DNA from: Haliotis rufescens
Lineage: Eukaryota
Direction of reading: 5' to 3'
Assembly (NCBI RefSeq): GCF_023055435.1
Contig: NW_025963890.1
Span: 78,244,001-78,308,000, forward strand
Length of the DNA: 64,000 nt
The notes under the pieces were generated by a model. That model searched no databases. It was not told the DNA's origin and saw only the letters and a program-made list of their open reading frames with translations. A program made the position numbers and the translations under genes. This document shows positions 13,601 through 26,385 of this stretch, one piece after another (position 1 is the first letter of the stretch; each line of letters opens with the position of its first letter).

Positions 13601-16600
13601 TAGTATATTGGTTGGTTTGTTGTTTAACGCCGCACTCAACAATATTCCAGCTATATGACAGCGGTCTGTAAATAATCGAGTCTGAACCAGACAATCAAGT
13701 GATTAATATCCCGAGCATCGATCCACCAAATGGGGATCAATGACATGCATCAACCAAGTCAGCGAGCCTGACCTCCCGATCCCGTTAGTCGCCTTTTACG
13801 ACAAGCATAGTCACGTTTTACGTCAAGCATGGGTTGCTGAAGACCTATTCTACCCTGGAATCTTCCCGGGTCTTTAGTATATTGGGTACAACTGCTCATG
13901 TTATGCAAACATAATCTTTACGACGGACTGGGACACAAAGACACACGGGGGTAAAAATCACTGTCACAACATACCAAATAGGCCCACCATGTGCAATAAT
14001 GCACGCCGTAACACGACAATGCACCGATTACGTCAAACGTCGAATAACGTTGTGCTGCAATTCCTCAACGAGACATTGTTCGAATTATTGACAGCTGACT
14101 GGAGTCGCTGGTGTTCTGATCTGTCGGTGATCCCATAAATGTTCGATGAGGTTCATATTAGGAGAAAATGCTGGCCAGGGTAAAACGTGAATGTTCGCGA
14201 AAGCCTTGCCGTATGCGGTCACTGATTGTCTTGCTGGAAGACAATGACACTTGATTGTTGCTGAATGTATGGTTTCACAACGGATGTCCAAACTTCATCC
14301 CCATATCTCTGGGCATTCGGGTTACACTGATGATAACGAGCCTCGTTTTGACATCACCTCAGATACCTCCCCAGACCATGATGCTACCGCCTCCAAATGG
14401 TTGAACTTGCTGAACACATTCTAGCGCCTTCACTTACTCGTCTGAAAACTCGCTGCCGACAATCATTTCTGTACAAGCAACATCTACTCTCAATGAAGAA
14501 CATGACGTCCCCAGTCTAGCACTTGACAAAATCGAACTTGCCATGATAACCTGTTACGTCGGTGTTGACATGTTAACCTCGGTAAGGTCAACTTGCTCTG
14601 ATACCACATTCTCTCCATCTCCTCTATACTGTCTGTAGACGGACCCCAGTGCCATCGATGCCCAGCTGTAATGAAGCGGTTTGGGAAATGAATGGTCCGG
14701 ATGTGGCGGTCTTCCACTTCCACGTCTGTCTGATGTCTGCCGAGTCTGTTGTAAACGTTGCATCAAACTGGTCATGGTGACGCGGGTGCATAAAAAGGTT
14801 CTTGCGTGGCCTTTATTGCACCATAACAACGGCTCTTTATCTCTGTATAGCTGTTAAATGTGGCATTCTTTCTTGGTGCTTTTGGTTGATGTGTCCATAA
14901 CGTGCCATGTCACCAGTTTTAAAAAATACTTTTACACATGCATTTCCTTTTACCTAGTCCAAAGTCGTTGTGGCAAAATTTTATATTTGTCTTGCTTTTT
15001 GTTAACGAGTACATTTGTTTGTATTAGTGACACATATTTAAGTCTTAATTCATATATGAATTATTAAGTTATCAAAATAGTGGGAAATAGTTCAGTTGGT
15101 AGACCTTCTTTTTGGAGATTAGTTTAGTTTGATTGTTTGTATTTCTATTCTACTGAATGGTGATTATTCACGCATTAGTCATGGGTAGTTGCTATTGGTT
15201 CTTAACTCACTGATATTGCAACTGTTGCCAAACCAGCCCAGCATACACATTCCACTTGGACAGATGCCGCTCACATAGTTACACACCTCGCCGTCACAGT
15301 GGCAGTAGTTGTCACAGTCAGAGCCGAAGGTACCAGGACCACACACTGTCAAATGGATGTTGGGCTCTTACATCACACAACATAGAGCTTTACATGTATT
15401 ATATCGGTTTCTATAAACATTTGTAAGAATGAATCTGTTTGCAGAAGTAATCACATGTAAAGGTCGTGAAGCAGAATTACTACACAACATCAGTATTCTA
15501 TATAAATATTTATATGATTCTAGGTCTAAGAAAACGCTGCTACTCAAGAGATGACAAACATTCGGGTTTTTTCTGATTGTTCACGAAAGCGAAGGCATGA
15601 CGCTTATGTATAGATAATTATACATGAAGAGGACAAACTAACCTATTTCGCGCACAGATGATCTTACCTTAACATAATTTGAATGAGAATTTTATATAAA
15701 CATGTGGCACTGATCAAGCGAAATGCAGCAGAGATCATGGTTAACCGAGACTTTTTTCAAAAACATGTATTGAAGGGACAAATTTCAAAACGATGAATTT
15801 GCAAAGTTCATTTACAACACTTTATATTTCTTGTTGAGTTAATGTATGTGTGGTCATAATGTTGGCTTGCCTTAAGTCGCTGCTTTTCATTACTGTAAAA
15901 TCATTGTATCCGAGCTTGGAGCGCCTATAGTACTATTACAAAATATGACACAGTAGTGTTAGCTTACCGTCTACTTCCACCTCACAAAAGTCAAGTTCAG
16001 GCAGACTGATACTTGTGTCGCCAGCATTGTGCACTGTTGTGTAAAGCAAGATGTAGCGCCCCGTGCCAGAGCAAGGTGCCCGTGTGACGTCAGCAATGCC
16101 ACTTCCATCACTTCCTCCTGTTACGTTGTAGCAGTTTTGACCACTGGGGGCATCAGTGGAGTTGGTCACGTACACCTGGATACCATTCCTTCTAGGTTTG
16201 TCTGGAATAATTGCTTCAGTAAAGTCACAGGAAGGGAATCGCACACATATAGCCACATGAACGTATTCAACACTGTCTTGAAGAAAAAGACGCACGTTGT
16301 ATAAACGTTAAACAGCCAACAATAGATTCTCACAAACTAACAATTAACCCAGCATTATCGATTGCAGCTGACAATAAACTCACAGTCAGTTCTGAAGTAG
16401 ATGGTGACCTCACGTATCAGCACTGTGTCATTGAGATCCACACGCCACCAGTTGGGGTTGCTGGGCGCTGTATCTATACAGAAATCATACGAGTGTGCAG
16501 CAGTGCTTCCGTCCGTGGCCCGGGATAATGGGTAAGGACCCTCTCCACTGGATGATGTAACTTTCGTCCTCGCAACATTATCTGGAAAATGCATGAACAA

Positions 16601-19600
16601 GATACTTCTTTCAATTTATTCGATTTGTTTGTATTCGATATCTACAGTTAGCGGTGTTCCGCAGAATCTGGTCTCTTTTATTGCCTTACATTAAGACTTC
16701 TGCCCATTAACTAGACTTACATACATCACACATATTTCACATTCTTTAATACAACACCAGACTTGTTATGGGCGGATTGCTGGCTGTTTCACATTCCAGG
16801 GGTTTGATTTCTTTTGTTAGAAACAGGCTTTTTCTTTCTTGTCACAACAACACGCATACGTTTGAAAGCTAACCCTCTGGGTTAAAGGACCGTTGTTTGT
16901 CTGGTTGAGGTAATACATACAGACATTGCACACATACGATTGTTTGGTATGTCCTGTATACCGGGATCCAAAGAGTTTGTTTCTTGCTTTGTGAAATCGA
17001 CACAGACAAAAATGCTATCTGAAATAGTTTCTTAATAAACGATCAAAAATATGTGGTCATTTTTAGGAAAGCAACCCATATTGTAATTGAATCAAGGCCA
17101 TTAAATATATTGGAATTGAAAAGGAGGAGAACCATTTCTGCGTATGGATAGTTTAATTAACTTACTACATACACGTGTCAATATTGGAACAGGGCTAAAA
17201 TATTAGGTTTTGTTTGATAAAATCTGATGGTAAACAGAAGTCGTACATGTAATATTATTGAACTGTAAGTGTAAAATTAACACTGTTGCGATCCTAAAGA
17301 CCTGGGTCACAGACCTTGTAACATCCCTGTGTCATGGTGACCTAGTTAAGTGTCTTATTGAACTGGAAGCGTTACATTAACACTTTTGGGATCCTAAATA
17401 CCTGGGTCACAGACCTTGTAACATCCCTGTGTCATGGTGACCTAGTTAAGTGTCTTATTGAACTGTAAGCGTTACATTAACACTTTTGGGATCCTAAAGA
17501 CCTGGGTCACAGACCTTGTAACATCCCTGTGTCATGGTGACCTAGTTAAGTGTCTTATTTAACTGTAAGTGAAACATTAACACTTTTGGGATCCTAAATA
17601 CCTGGGTCACAGACAATGTAACATCCCTGTGTCATGGTGACCTAGTTAAGTGTCTTATTGAACTGTAAGCGTTACATTAACACTTTTGCGATCCTAAAGA
17701 CCTGGGTCACAGACCCTGTAACTTCCCTGTGTCATGGTGACCTTATTAAGTGTATTCGTGTGTTGACACTGGATTAAGGTATTGACCTACTGGCCACATT
17801 TTAGGTCAGTGTGACATTTGTGTTTCTACGATTGACATTGATTTGGATACTTTGCTTTAAAAACGGCTGTAAGATCGTTCTATTATTTCATGATACGTTT
17901 TTTTGTATATTTTTAGGGGGGGTGTAAAAGATTAGGTTTTGTTTGATAAATTCTGATGGTAAACAGAAGTCGTTCATGTAATATTATTAGCGTTTCGGAA
18001 AACATTGTTATGCAACGCACGTGCAATACGTGCTCAGGCTTGGCTACCGATTGTCACTTGTCGTCTGATGAATAAACGAAGTGGGAAGTTGGCAGGTTGT
18101 CTCTTGGCTATTAAAAGAACTACTATTCTCACCACCACCACTTTGTAGCAGGCCGCACGTCTGTATCTGTGTTACTCTGGTTTTCTGTATTTCTTCTGAC
18201 ATTTATGAATGAAAGAGGCGTGAATCCATGTACATACTTTAACCAAACATAGTTAGATCCAATAGTTCAGAATGATCAGTGGTGTTATGGGGCAGTGTAT
18301 TTTATTGTTAAACAATTATTATAGCTGAATAACATTGTTTCTGTTGAGATCGGTTAAAGCTCGTTGCATTTTTCTTTGTCAGGAATGTAGTACTATTTAA
18401 TGTAAGCAGTTTTGAGGAAGTTACTATATTTAGATACATTGTGAACGTTATATCAAAAAAGGCGTTATAGAAACAGGTGGAATATTCTATTGTTTGATGT
18501 CTCCATTATATTTTGTGAAAGGAGAGTTGATTATGTTCTCTGACGCTGTTGCAATAATGGGCCTCTGCTGGCTACACTATATGAAGCCGATTTCTGGTGT
18601 CCCCCGCCGTGATATTGCTGGAATATTGCAAAAAGAAGCGTAAAACTCACTCACTCACTCACTCACTCACTCACTCACTCACTCTACGGAATGTGGTACT
18701 ATTTATCGTCAGCAGTTTTGAGAAAGTTATAACTATATTTAGATGCTAATGTGATGTGTAAAACTTCCGGTATACCGTGGACTGAAATAGAGTGTTACAT
18801 GTAGAATATTTTGTGGTGGCACTGTGTAGAAATTGCCAGAAGCTAGTATGACTATGTAAGGGAAAAGACCGTGTATACCGTATCTCTTACACATTTCAGT
18901 ACATCAAGACCAGTTTAATTGTGAATCACCCCAGATTCCCAGCTGAGGCCATCTCGGAAGATTCACCACTGTCGCCGCTTGGTAAATATACTATTATGTT
19001 TTGCTCTCACCACGGTATTTTTGTATTTGATACTGACCACTGCCATCATATCATACATTGTCATTCAGTATTGTACAACTTCTAGTGTGTACTGTCATTG
19101 TTATTGATGTGCAGTAATTTGTATTGATTTGTAATCCTAGTAATCCACTTGTTGGTTGTTGGTTGGTTTCACACTAAAGTCTTTTACGTGCAGATTTCTG
19201 GGTTAACATATTGTTTCAAGTTGGAAATCAAAACGTAACAATGGGTATTTGCACAATTACTCAGTATCGAGTGATTGCAAGGGCATACATGGCTTCTGGT
19301 TAAAAAAGCAACGCTTCACTGTTATCCATATTCGTATTTCTGCTACAACAAAATATCTGTCCAATCAAAATGGAAGCACCGAGCCTCATGAGACACCGAA
19401 TAGATTACATTAATGACACATACATTCTGTGACTGCCAAATTAATGATTGTTGATGTATGTGACCCCTTAGCGATATGACTGCTGAATGAGTGTTGGGTT
19501 ATGGCATCTGAATCAGTTGTTGAAAGCCGAGAAATATATTAGTAAGTTGACACCCGTGAGGATGAGCAAGCCTTACAGTCTCAGTACGATGTCAGTAGTT

Positions 19601-19755
19601 GTGCTGCTGTAGTTACATACGTTTCTGACATGTCAGACCCGTCCATCCTGGGTAACAGGCTGGCGCACTGCAGCCGGAAGTAGAATCACACTTGTCTTGG
19701 TCACAGTTACATCTGTAACCACACTGGTATCCGTATGTACCGTTAGGGCAGCTGC
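10469..19755 (-). CDS. MEGF10/SCARF/CED-1-like type-I membrane receptor with F-type lectin (F5/8C-like) domain, copy A; exons 19621-19755, 16384-16581, 15968-16201, 15211-15345, 13214-13360, 12937-13083, 12561-12713, 11083-11191, 10469-10655 (~480 aa; start/signal-peptide exon not resolved)
   Basis: Nine GT-AG exons splice in frame without stops: EGF (SCPNGTYGYQCGYRCNC...CYPGWTGLTCQ), FTLD (NVARTK...RATDG...CIDT...NWWRVDL...IYFRTD/...GRYILL...LDFCEVEVD), four more phase-1 EGF-like exons, TM (IIGSLTMLVVLVVVEGMVCLWRK), Tyr-rich tail. Confidence 0.85.
11083..11191 (-). CDS. Receptor A exon: transmembrane helix
   Basis: TSISPAVAGIIGSLTMLVVLVVVEGMVCLWRKGDF, cag/gtgcgt, 109 nt. Confidence 0.8.
12289..12454 (-). 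mobile_element. Full-length tRNA-derived SINE (family 1)
   Basis: Minus strand GGGGCGGTAGGGTAGCCTAGTGGTTAAAGCG (A box)...GGGTTCGAATC (B box)...(ACTC)n tail; 12-bp TSD TCTGCAAATCGA at 12277-12288 and 12455-12466. Confidence 0.9.
12561..12713 (-). CDS. Receptor A exon: EGF-like module
   Basis: CVQDVEYCAGCTGNCSARMC...CQSGWTGEDCTQS, tag/gtatgt, 153 nt. Confidence 0.82.
12937..13083 (-). CDS. Receptor A exon: EGF-like module
   Basis: CVDTYGENCTRSCSVRHC...CSPGWKDVDCTT, aag/gttaga, 147 nt. Confidence 0.8.
13214..13360 (-). CDS. Receptor A exon: EGF-like module
   Basis: CLTGEYGRRCSKRC...CLAGYQTPDCTQ, cag/gtaagg, 147 nt. Confidence 0.85.
13612..13872 (-). mobile_element. SINE-like retroposon (family 2)
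   Basis: 13-bp TSD TTTAGTATATTGG (13599-13611, 13873-13885); empty site in copy B at ~34065-34085; homologous copies at ~47355-47617 and 50603-50670/54113-54298; (AACC/AAAC)n tail. Confidence 0.8.
13888..15010 (-). mobile_element. Degenerate Tc1/mariner element in intron of receptor A
   Basis: Minus-strand fragments VLPWPAFSPNMNLIEHLWD, GGGSIMVWGG-like segment at ~14365-14400, and N-terminal HTH-like region; copy B retains only the two ends (~34080-34270). Confidence 0.7.
15211..15345 (-). CDS. Receptor A exon: EGF-like module
   Basis: CGPGTFGSDCDNYCHCDGEVCNYVSGICPSGMCMLGWFGNSCNI, cag/gtgagt, 135 nt (not in ORF track). Confidence 0.85.
15968..16201 (-). CDS. Receptor A exon: F-type lectin domain, second half
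   Basis: ttccag|AC AAA CCT...GTA GAC G|gtaagc, 234 nt; ends LDFCEVEVD. Confidence 0.85.
16384..16581 (-). CDS. Receptor A exon: F-type lectin domain, first half
   Basis: ttccag|AT AAT GTT GCG...ACT GAC T|gtgagt, 198 nt. Confidence 0.85.
17255..17752. repeat. 100-bp tandem repeat, 5 units, inside an insertion absent from copy B
   Basis: GATCCTAAAGACCTGGGTCACAGACC recurs at ~17290, 17390, 17490, 17590, 17690. Confidence 0.9.
18570..18683 (+). mobile_element. SINE family 1, 3' part with (ACTC)n tail; orthologous to 37843-37985
   Basis: TTCTGGTGTCCCCCGCCGTGATATTGCTGGAATATTGC...ACTCACTC; same flank CTCTACGGAATGTGG as in copy B. Confidence 0.8.
19621..19755 (-). CDS. Receptor A exon: EGF-like module
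   Basis: ttacag|GC AGC TGC CCT...CAG AAA C|gtatgt, 135 nt, phase 1-1. Confidence 0.85.
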
Positions 19756-20400
19756 CTGTAACAGAAGTATTACATCAGTAACAGACAGTGAAACTGGTAG
19801 GCCTAAGTACCATCAGGACAGCTGTTTGTAACTGAAGTATTGTATCAGAGATAGACAGTGACACTGGTAGTCGTATGTAACATCAGAACAGCTGCCTGTA
19901 ACTGAAGTATTGTATCAAAGATAGACAGTGACACTGGTAGCCCTATGTACCACCAGGACAGCCTGCCTGTAACTGAAGTATTGTATCTAGCAGAGACAGA
20001 CAGTGAAACTGGTATGTACCATCAGGACAGCTGTCTATAACTGAAGTATTGTATCAGAGATAGACAGTGAAACTGGTAGCCGTATGTACCATCAGGACAG
20101 CTGCCTGTAACTGAAGTATTGTATCTAGCAGAGACATAAAGTGACACCGGTCACCATCAGGACAGATGTCTGTAACTGAAGTACTATATCAGAGATAGAC
20201 AGTGACACTGGTAGTCGTATGTAACATCAGAACAGGTGCCTGTAACTGAAGTATTGTATCAGAGGTAGACAATGACAGTAGCCACATGTACCATCAGAAC
20301 AGCTGCCTGTAACTGAAGTAGTGTATCAGAGGTAGACAATGACACTGGTAGCCGTATGTACCATCAGGACAGCTGTCTGTAACAGAAGTATTGTATCAGG
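19720..20400 (-). repeat. ~70-bp tandem repeat (~9-10 diverged units) spanning the splice acceptor of receptor A EGF exon
   Basis: Unit on minus strand ...TACTTCAGTTACAG|GCAGCTGTCCTGATGGTACATACGGCTACCAGTGTCAC matches acceptor + first ~36 nt of exon 19621-19755. Confidence 0.9.
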
Positions 20401-22611
20401 GATGTCAATATTCACAGAAACCATTCTTTGTATTGAAGAAGCAGATATTTACCAATGGTAGAGGGCCAAGCAGAGAGATATACAATCAATACAAAAATCA
20501 CTGCACGAGACGCCATACCTGGATCTGTAATATCTACCCGGAAGTTATACGACAGGCGTCAATCTGGGTGACACACACACTAGGGCACCCGTGTGGTTCA
20601 CTCGTGTAGAAACATATAGGTGCACGACCATACACACTACCAGCGTTTACATGTTCCCTGGGCAGACATCTGGTTGTACATTGCCCTGTCACTGAGTGTG
20701 CGGACATTATTACACGAAGATGTCACTTACACTGCATTGAGCTGAAACATATCAGGTTATGCTGGCTTAATACAGGTTAAGGGTACTTGTTTTATCGCGA
20801 TCACTGAGTGTGTGGATACTGTGAATAAAGCAACATTCACCTGTACATATCCCTGACATTGGTGTCGTTTTATTTATACTCGGGTCTGTTTACACACCTA
20901 CTTATCATTGGTCATGTGACCAACGCTGACCAATGATGTCAGCTCGCCAAGCATCTGCTGACAAGCGGACAGTAACATGAACAGGTACCTCCTACCAGAT
21001 TATACCAGAAGTTATAAATGTCCTAATTACGTGAACTACATCACCGAACGTATTGTTGACGTGAATGAGTTAATGTTGTTTCATGCCGCACTCAGCAAAC
21101 TTCTCATTATCCAGCTGGCTTCTCTCTGTCCGGTTGTCCATTGCTATTACCTATCAGTGCTAATTGCTCGCTGCCTCCTGTTTGCGCATTGTCCATTGCT
21201 ATAACCTGTCAGTGATAAGTTGGGTCCCGACTTCCTTTTGTCCATTGCTAATCACCTATCAAAAAGGATTAATCAAGTCACAATAGAAAGTCTTAACCGC
21301 AAGATGGCCATCCTCATCAACATTCTGCCTATAAAAAGGGAGTCAATGGGTCTGGCGTCACATGTTTCTATTTTGTGATGATGTAAGTGATTGTGTCCTA
21401 ATTCTGACCAATCTGTGGCAAAATTTGATCTTTGTGATTGGAGAAATGCATTTTACTGTATACTTGTACTTTCAATATAAAAATGTATATTACTTGAACT
21501 GTGTCCATGTGTCTGCTGTTAGACTGAAGTCCCCGAGTTTCATCATCAGCTCTGTATGTATGAGGAGTCAACTACAAGAGTAGTGTTTGGGCTGAGACTT
21601 TAATACTGCGCCCCACTGTGTTGCAAAACGAATATATTTCTTTAAGCTTTTCTATACTTATAAGCAGCAGAATCGCTGTACTCGTACACAACAGGTGTTA
21701 TTCAAAATTATTTTTTTTAGTTTCAACAAAATCAGTAATTGTACTCTCGTGTCACTGGATTGTCTGGGGTTATTTTTACAAGCATGGCAGGAATATTGCT
21801 GTGCTGCGTCAAGAAATAAATACTTTTTATGCAAATTGTATGAATGGCAGGTGCTACCGGTAGGGCAGCCTTGGCCTTTTTGCGAACACCTCGTGTCATC
21901 ACATCAGTGGTCCATTCATATAATTTCCACAGCTATTCAAGTGGAATCTGTTTTAGCAGGAAATCTAGGCAGGTTATTCTCTTGCATTGACAATTTATAT
22001 ATATTTCATTATGCTGATAAAAGGTGTCATTTGCCTCATCATTTGAACTAATACAATTATTTCTAAAACTAAAAGTAAATAGCCATAGCCAGGCTGCTGA
22101 TATTGATAACAGACAGCAAACACAGTTGTCAGTTTTTATAACCAATACAAGGATGCAGTACCAACAACATGTGCCCACCATGTGAAAACATGCCGGGGTA
22201 TGTCAATAGAGGACAGAGAAGTCAATTGTCCTTATCTATCATGATCAGGAAACATTTTCCACAGGCACAATTGATGACATATAACTCGTAAACGTGCTCT
22301 CAAATGTTGACCAATCGCCCTTAAATATATACACGTTTGTTCTTGCAGCAAACAACATACATTGTGAAGGGTCATAGAGGATGTAAAATGCATTTGTACT
22401 GACACCATCCCAATAAATGAATATCCTCAAACACATGAATAGCTTTTCATTGTTGGTGAAATGCAGGACCCCAGAAGGAAGCAGTCACCGCTGACCTTGT
22501 GCTAATTTTGCAGATTTTCTTTTCATGTTTGGTCTCCTGGTTGTAAGGCAGGAAGAGAAAAAACAGACATGTTATTGTTAATATGTACATTTGCATTCCA
22601 GTTTCAGGAGC

Positions 22612-22637
22612 GGGGGGGGGGGGGGGGGGGGGGGGGG
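22612..22637. repeat. Poly-G tract
   Basis: ~26 consecutive G. Confidence 0.9.
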
Positions 22638-25269
22638 TGTTATATTATTTTACCACTTTTCTAGTTTTAGAGTCGCCAGATCTGTAAAACAGCCTCTTGT
22701 ATGTGTCTTTTATGACAAATCTGGTTTATTTTTAATTTTGTACGGAACCTCTGAAAATCAGTGGTTGTCATCAATCCAGTCAGCAATATTCTAGCTGTAC
22801 CAACATCTAATCACCGGGATATCTCAAATGTTATGGACACTAGGGGTTACAGGAGGCCCCGTCGTCAAAGGCACGCGCCACAATTCACTTGCATATCATG
22901 GCGTGTCAACTTAATGTGGGAGGAAAGCCCCAAGTGGTGCAGGTCTCAGACGTTTACCACTTCGGTGAAACCCACGATCACCACGGGTATGGTGCTGAAA
23001 AAACTAGAAACATAATTGGGGCGAACCGTGATTCGAACCCACAATCATAGGTTTCTGGCGTGCACAAGGGACGCAACTCTGCACAGTTTCCGACATAGGA
23101 TACCGTGTATAGGGAGTAGACCGACTCGCTCTTTCTAGGTATTGCTAGCAATGCTCTATACAGGTTCACAGGAGGGTGTAACTGGTTACGGTGTTGTGGC
23201 TTTACATTCGGGTCACGTCGTCCTCGTTCAAATGGAGTAGAATCTAACAACTTAAATACAACTTGAAATATAGAATTCATTACATATAGATTCAAAACGT
23301 CAACGCCAGAGACTAACCCGTCTCGACTATCTGCCGAAACAGAAAGGCAAAATAGTGATGAAAACTATATGAATGGATCACTGCAAATCGGTGATGACTC
23401 CAGGTGTTCCGAAAAAGGGTGGGTGTATCCTGCTTTCTCCGTAGCACCAGCCCTTCACACGTGGTGTAGCATAAAACATGAATATAACATATGAAATGTC
23501 TGGTCTCGTACCTCTTTAACTATATGTGGAACTAAACAGTGTCCTGCTACGAGTCCTGGGAATAGAATATAGAACATATACAATAGTTGTACTACGCCAC
23601 TGAATAAATGTGCGCTGTTCGGGAAAAAAAGGAAGAATGCAGTTGTATATGTATTATTAATGTTAATATCCGTACTTTATAAAGAGACATATCGTGTACA
23701 TTGTTCAGCAACTACCTGCTACAACGTCCAGCACACAGACACAGCAGGACACCGAGTCTGTGCCCCGCCATGCTGACGAGTAACATGTCCACCAGGAACT
23801 ATTTCGCAGTGTCCTACATTGACGATGTGTAATTCTATTTGTTCAGGGAACAAATTATCCACCAGACAATGCATGCCAATGGGCACAACATACCTCTAAT
23901 GATGAATTTATGACCTCTACTGGTAGATCTGCATATGGATGTAAAATGCAGTTAGCAGCTGACTCATATCTAACTATTGTGAATGTTAATATATACACAC
24001 AGCCGTTTTGCACATATTTCCTTCACATCAGATATATTTTATCAGTTACAGTCGTATGTTGTTTATATCCGTAGTGTGTATGGCACATATAGACTTGCCA
24101 ACTGTCAGACAATTCCACATTGAACATATCACAACAGATGAAAAGTGATGGAATAGTTCTAGCAGATATGGCATATATCTTAGGATGATTTTCTTCCATA
24201 AAATGCCCACGACTTCAGGAAGGTACTGTAAATACTTATGTATGTTAAATCTTTCCCCTTTTTGCCCTTTTTTATATAAAGCAAGCCTCTCTTCAAATTA
24301 CATGTTCAGATTATTTCCGAGACGATTATGATTCTTTCAACAACACTGAAATATTAGTTGTCCATTATGTGAACTTTCTCTAACTGTATGTTTTGTATTC
24401 ATAACTTAATAAATATATTTATTTATAGTAACTAATATGTGAAACGCATTATTCAAATAAATAAAGCGACAACGCCCTTTCCATGTCCAATAGAAATATC
24501 TGCATAAAGCAGAGTCGAGTGTATGATTCCGACTATATCATGAGCATGTGTTTATGAATCACTATCAAACAGTAATGATTCCAGGGGTTCGCGAAAAGGG
24601 GAGAGTGTCCCGACCCACAAACACATGCAAAGGCAAGCCAATTGTTATTCTGAAAAAAACACGTGAACATATGGTACAAGTTTGCATCGGACATCACTGA
24701 TACGTCAAATTTGAAAATGTGTCGTCAGAGCAATAAAACATGAAATACAATGTATCAAACAAAAAGGTATCACATTTTCTGTAAATACTAACATTTGATT
24801 ATAAGACGAGCTCTCCGTTAAAAATTGGGCAACAAAAGTCAAATTGCACTCACACAGTCACTTGAATTTAGGGATCTGAGGACCATTTTAAGTCTTCCAT
24901 GGAGTCATCTTTATATCTATTACATATTTTTTTCATGTAATACGGTTTCATAATATGTTATGATTTGTCATGAAACGTGCACGGTTTCCATATCGATGTT
25001 TGTGTTTGTACAGTTTGGTTACTCATGAAGATAAGAATACGAAAAGATATTGTCGTGATCCATAGCAAGTTCCAGTGGCTTAGTTTGACGTATGTCAGAG
25101 TTGTGCCCACTTTTCCTTTATGCGCGTATATGCCTATCTGTCTGTGAAGTTATAAGAAGCTATGACGGTAGTAGTTGGGGACGAAAGTGGAGTAAGAATC
25201 AAGACTTAAACAATTAATGCTGGGTTGACTGGAAACAACATTTCTACATCCAAGATGTTGTCACAGCTG

Positions 25270-26385
25270 CGTGTGCAGCTTTGCCTCTATTATCAACTCA
25301 ACCAGGACATCGTGCGCAGCTTTGCCTTCATTATCAACTCCACAAGGACATCGTGTGCAGCTTTGCCTCTATTATCAACTCAACCAGGACATCGTGCGCA
25401 GCTTTGCCTTCATTATCAACTCCACAAGGACATCGTGTGCAGCTTTGCCTCTATTATCAACTCCACCAGGACATCGTGTGCAGCTTTGCCTCTATTATCA
25501 ACTCCACCAGGACATCCTGTGCAGCTTTGCCTCTATTATCAACTCCACCAGGACATCGTGTGCAGCTTTGCCTCTATTATCAACTCCACCAGGACATCGT
25601 GTGCAGCTTTGCCTCTATTATCAACTCCACCAGGACATGGTGTGCAGCTTTGCCTCTATTATCAACTCCACCAGGACATCGTGTGCAGCTTTGCCTCTAT
25701 TATCAACTCCACCAGGACATCGTGTGCAGCTTTGCCTCTATTATCAACTCCACCAGGACATCGTGTGCAGCTTTGCCTCTATTATCAACTCCACCAGGAT
25801 ATCGAGTGCAGCTTTGCCTCTATTATCAACTCCACCAGGACATCGTGTGCAGCTTTGCCTCTATTATCAACTCCACCAGGACATCGTGTGCAGCTTTGCC
25901 TCTATTAACAACTCCACCAGGACATCGTGTGCAGCTTTGCTTCTATTATCAACTCCACCAGGACATCGTTTGCAGCTTTGCCTATATTATCAACTCCACC
26001 AGGACATCGTGTGCAGCTTTGCCTCTATTATCAACTCCACCAGGACATCGTGTGCAGCTTTGCCTCTATTATCAACTCCACCAGGACATCGTGTGCAGCT
26101 TTGCCTCTATTATCAACTCCACCAGGACATCGTGTGCAGCTTTGCCTCTATTATCAACTCCACCAGGACATCGTGTGCAGCTTTGCCTCTATTATCAACT
26201 CCACCTGGACATCTTGTGCAGCTTTGCCTCTATTATCAACTCCACCAGGACATCGAGTGCAGCTTTGCCTCTATTATCAACTCCACCAGGACATCTTGTG
26301 CAGCTTTGCCTCTATTATCAACTCCACCAGGACATCGTGTGCAGCTTTGCCTCTATTATCAACTCCACCAGGACATCGTGTGCGG
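25270..26385. repeat. Minisatellite, 41-bp unit CGTGTGCAGCTTTGCCTCTATTATCAACTCCACCAGGACAT, ~27 copies
   Basis: Directly visible; highly homogeneous. Confidence 0.97.

Larger units (their letters stand above)
5990..21100. repeat. Segmental duplication copy A (paralogous to ~23100-40800)
   Basis: Collinear similarity in exons, introns and flanks, e.g. 5990-7190 vs 23110-24060, 9226-9680 vs 24957-26540, 10469-11370 vs 31926-32950, 14870-16790 vs 34127-35935, 20390-21090 vs 39720-40800. Boundaries approximate. Confidence 0.9.

Noticed and set aside
20838-20860. Candidate first exon of receptor A (ATG TCA GGG ATA TGT ACA G|gtgaat)
   Set aside because: Too short for a signal peptide and not conserved in copy B; 5' end left unresolved.
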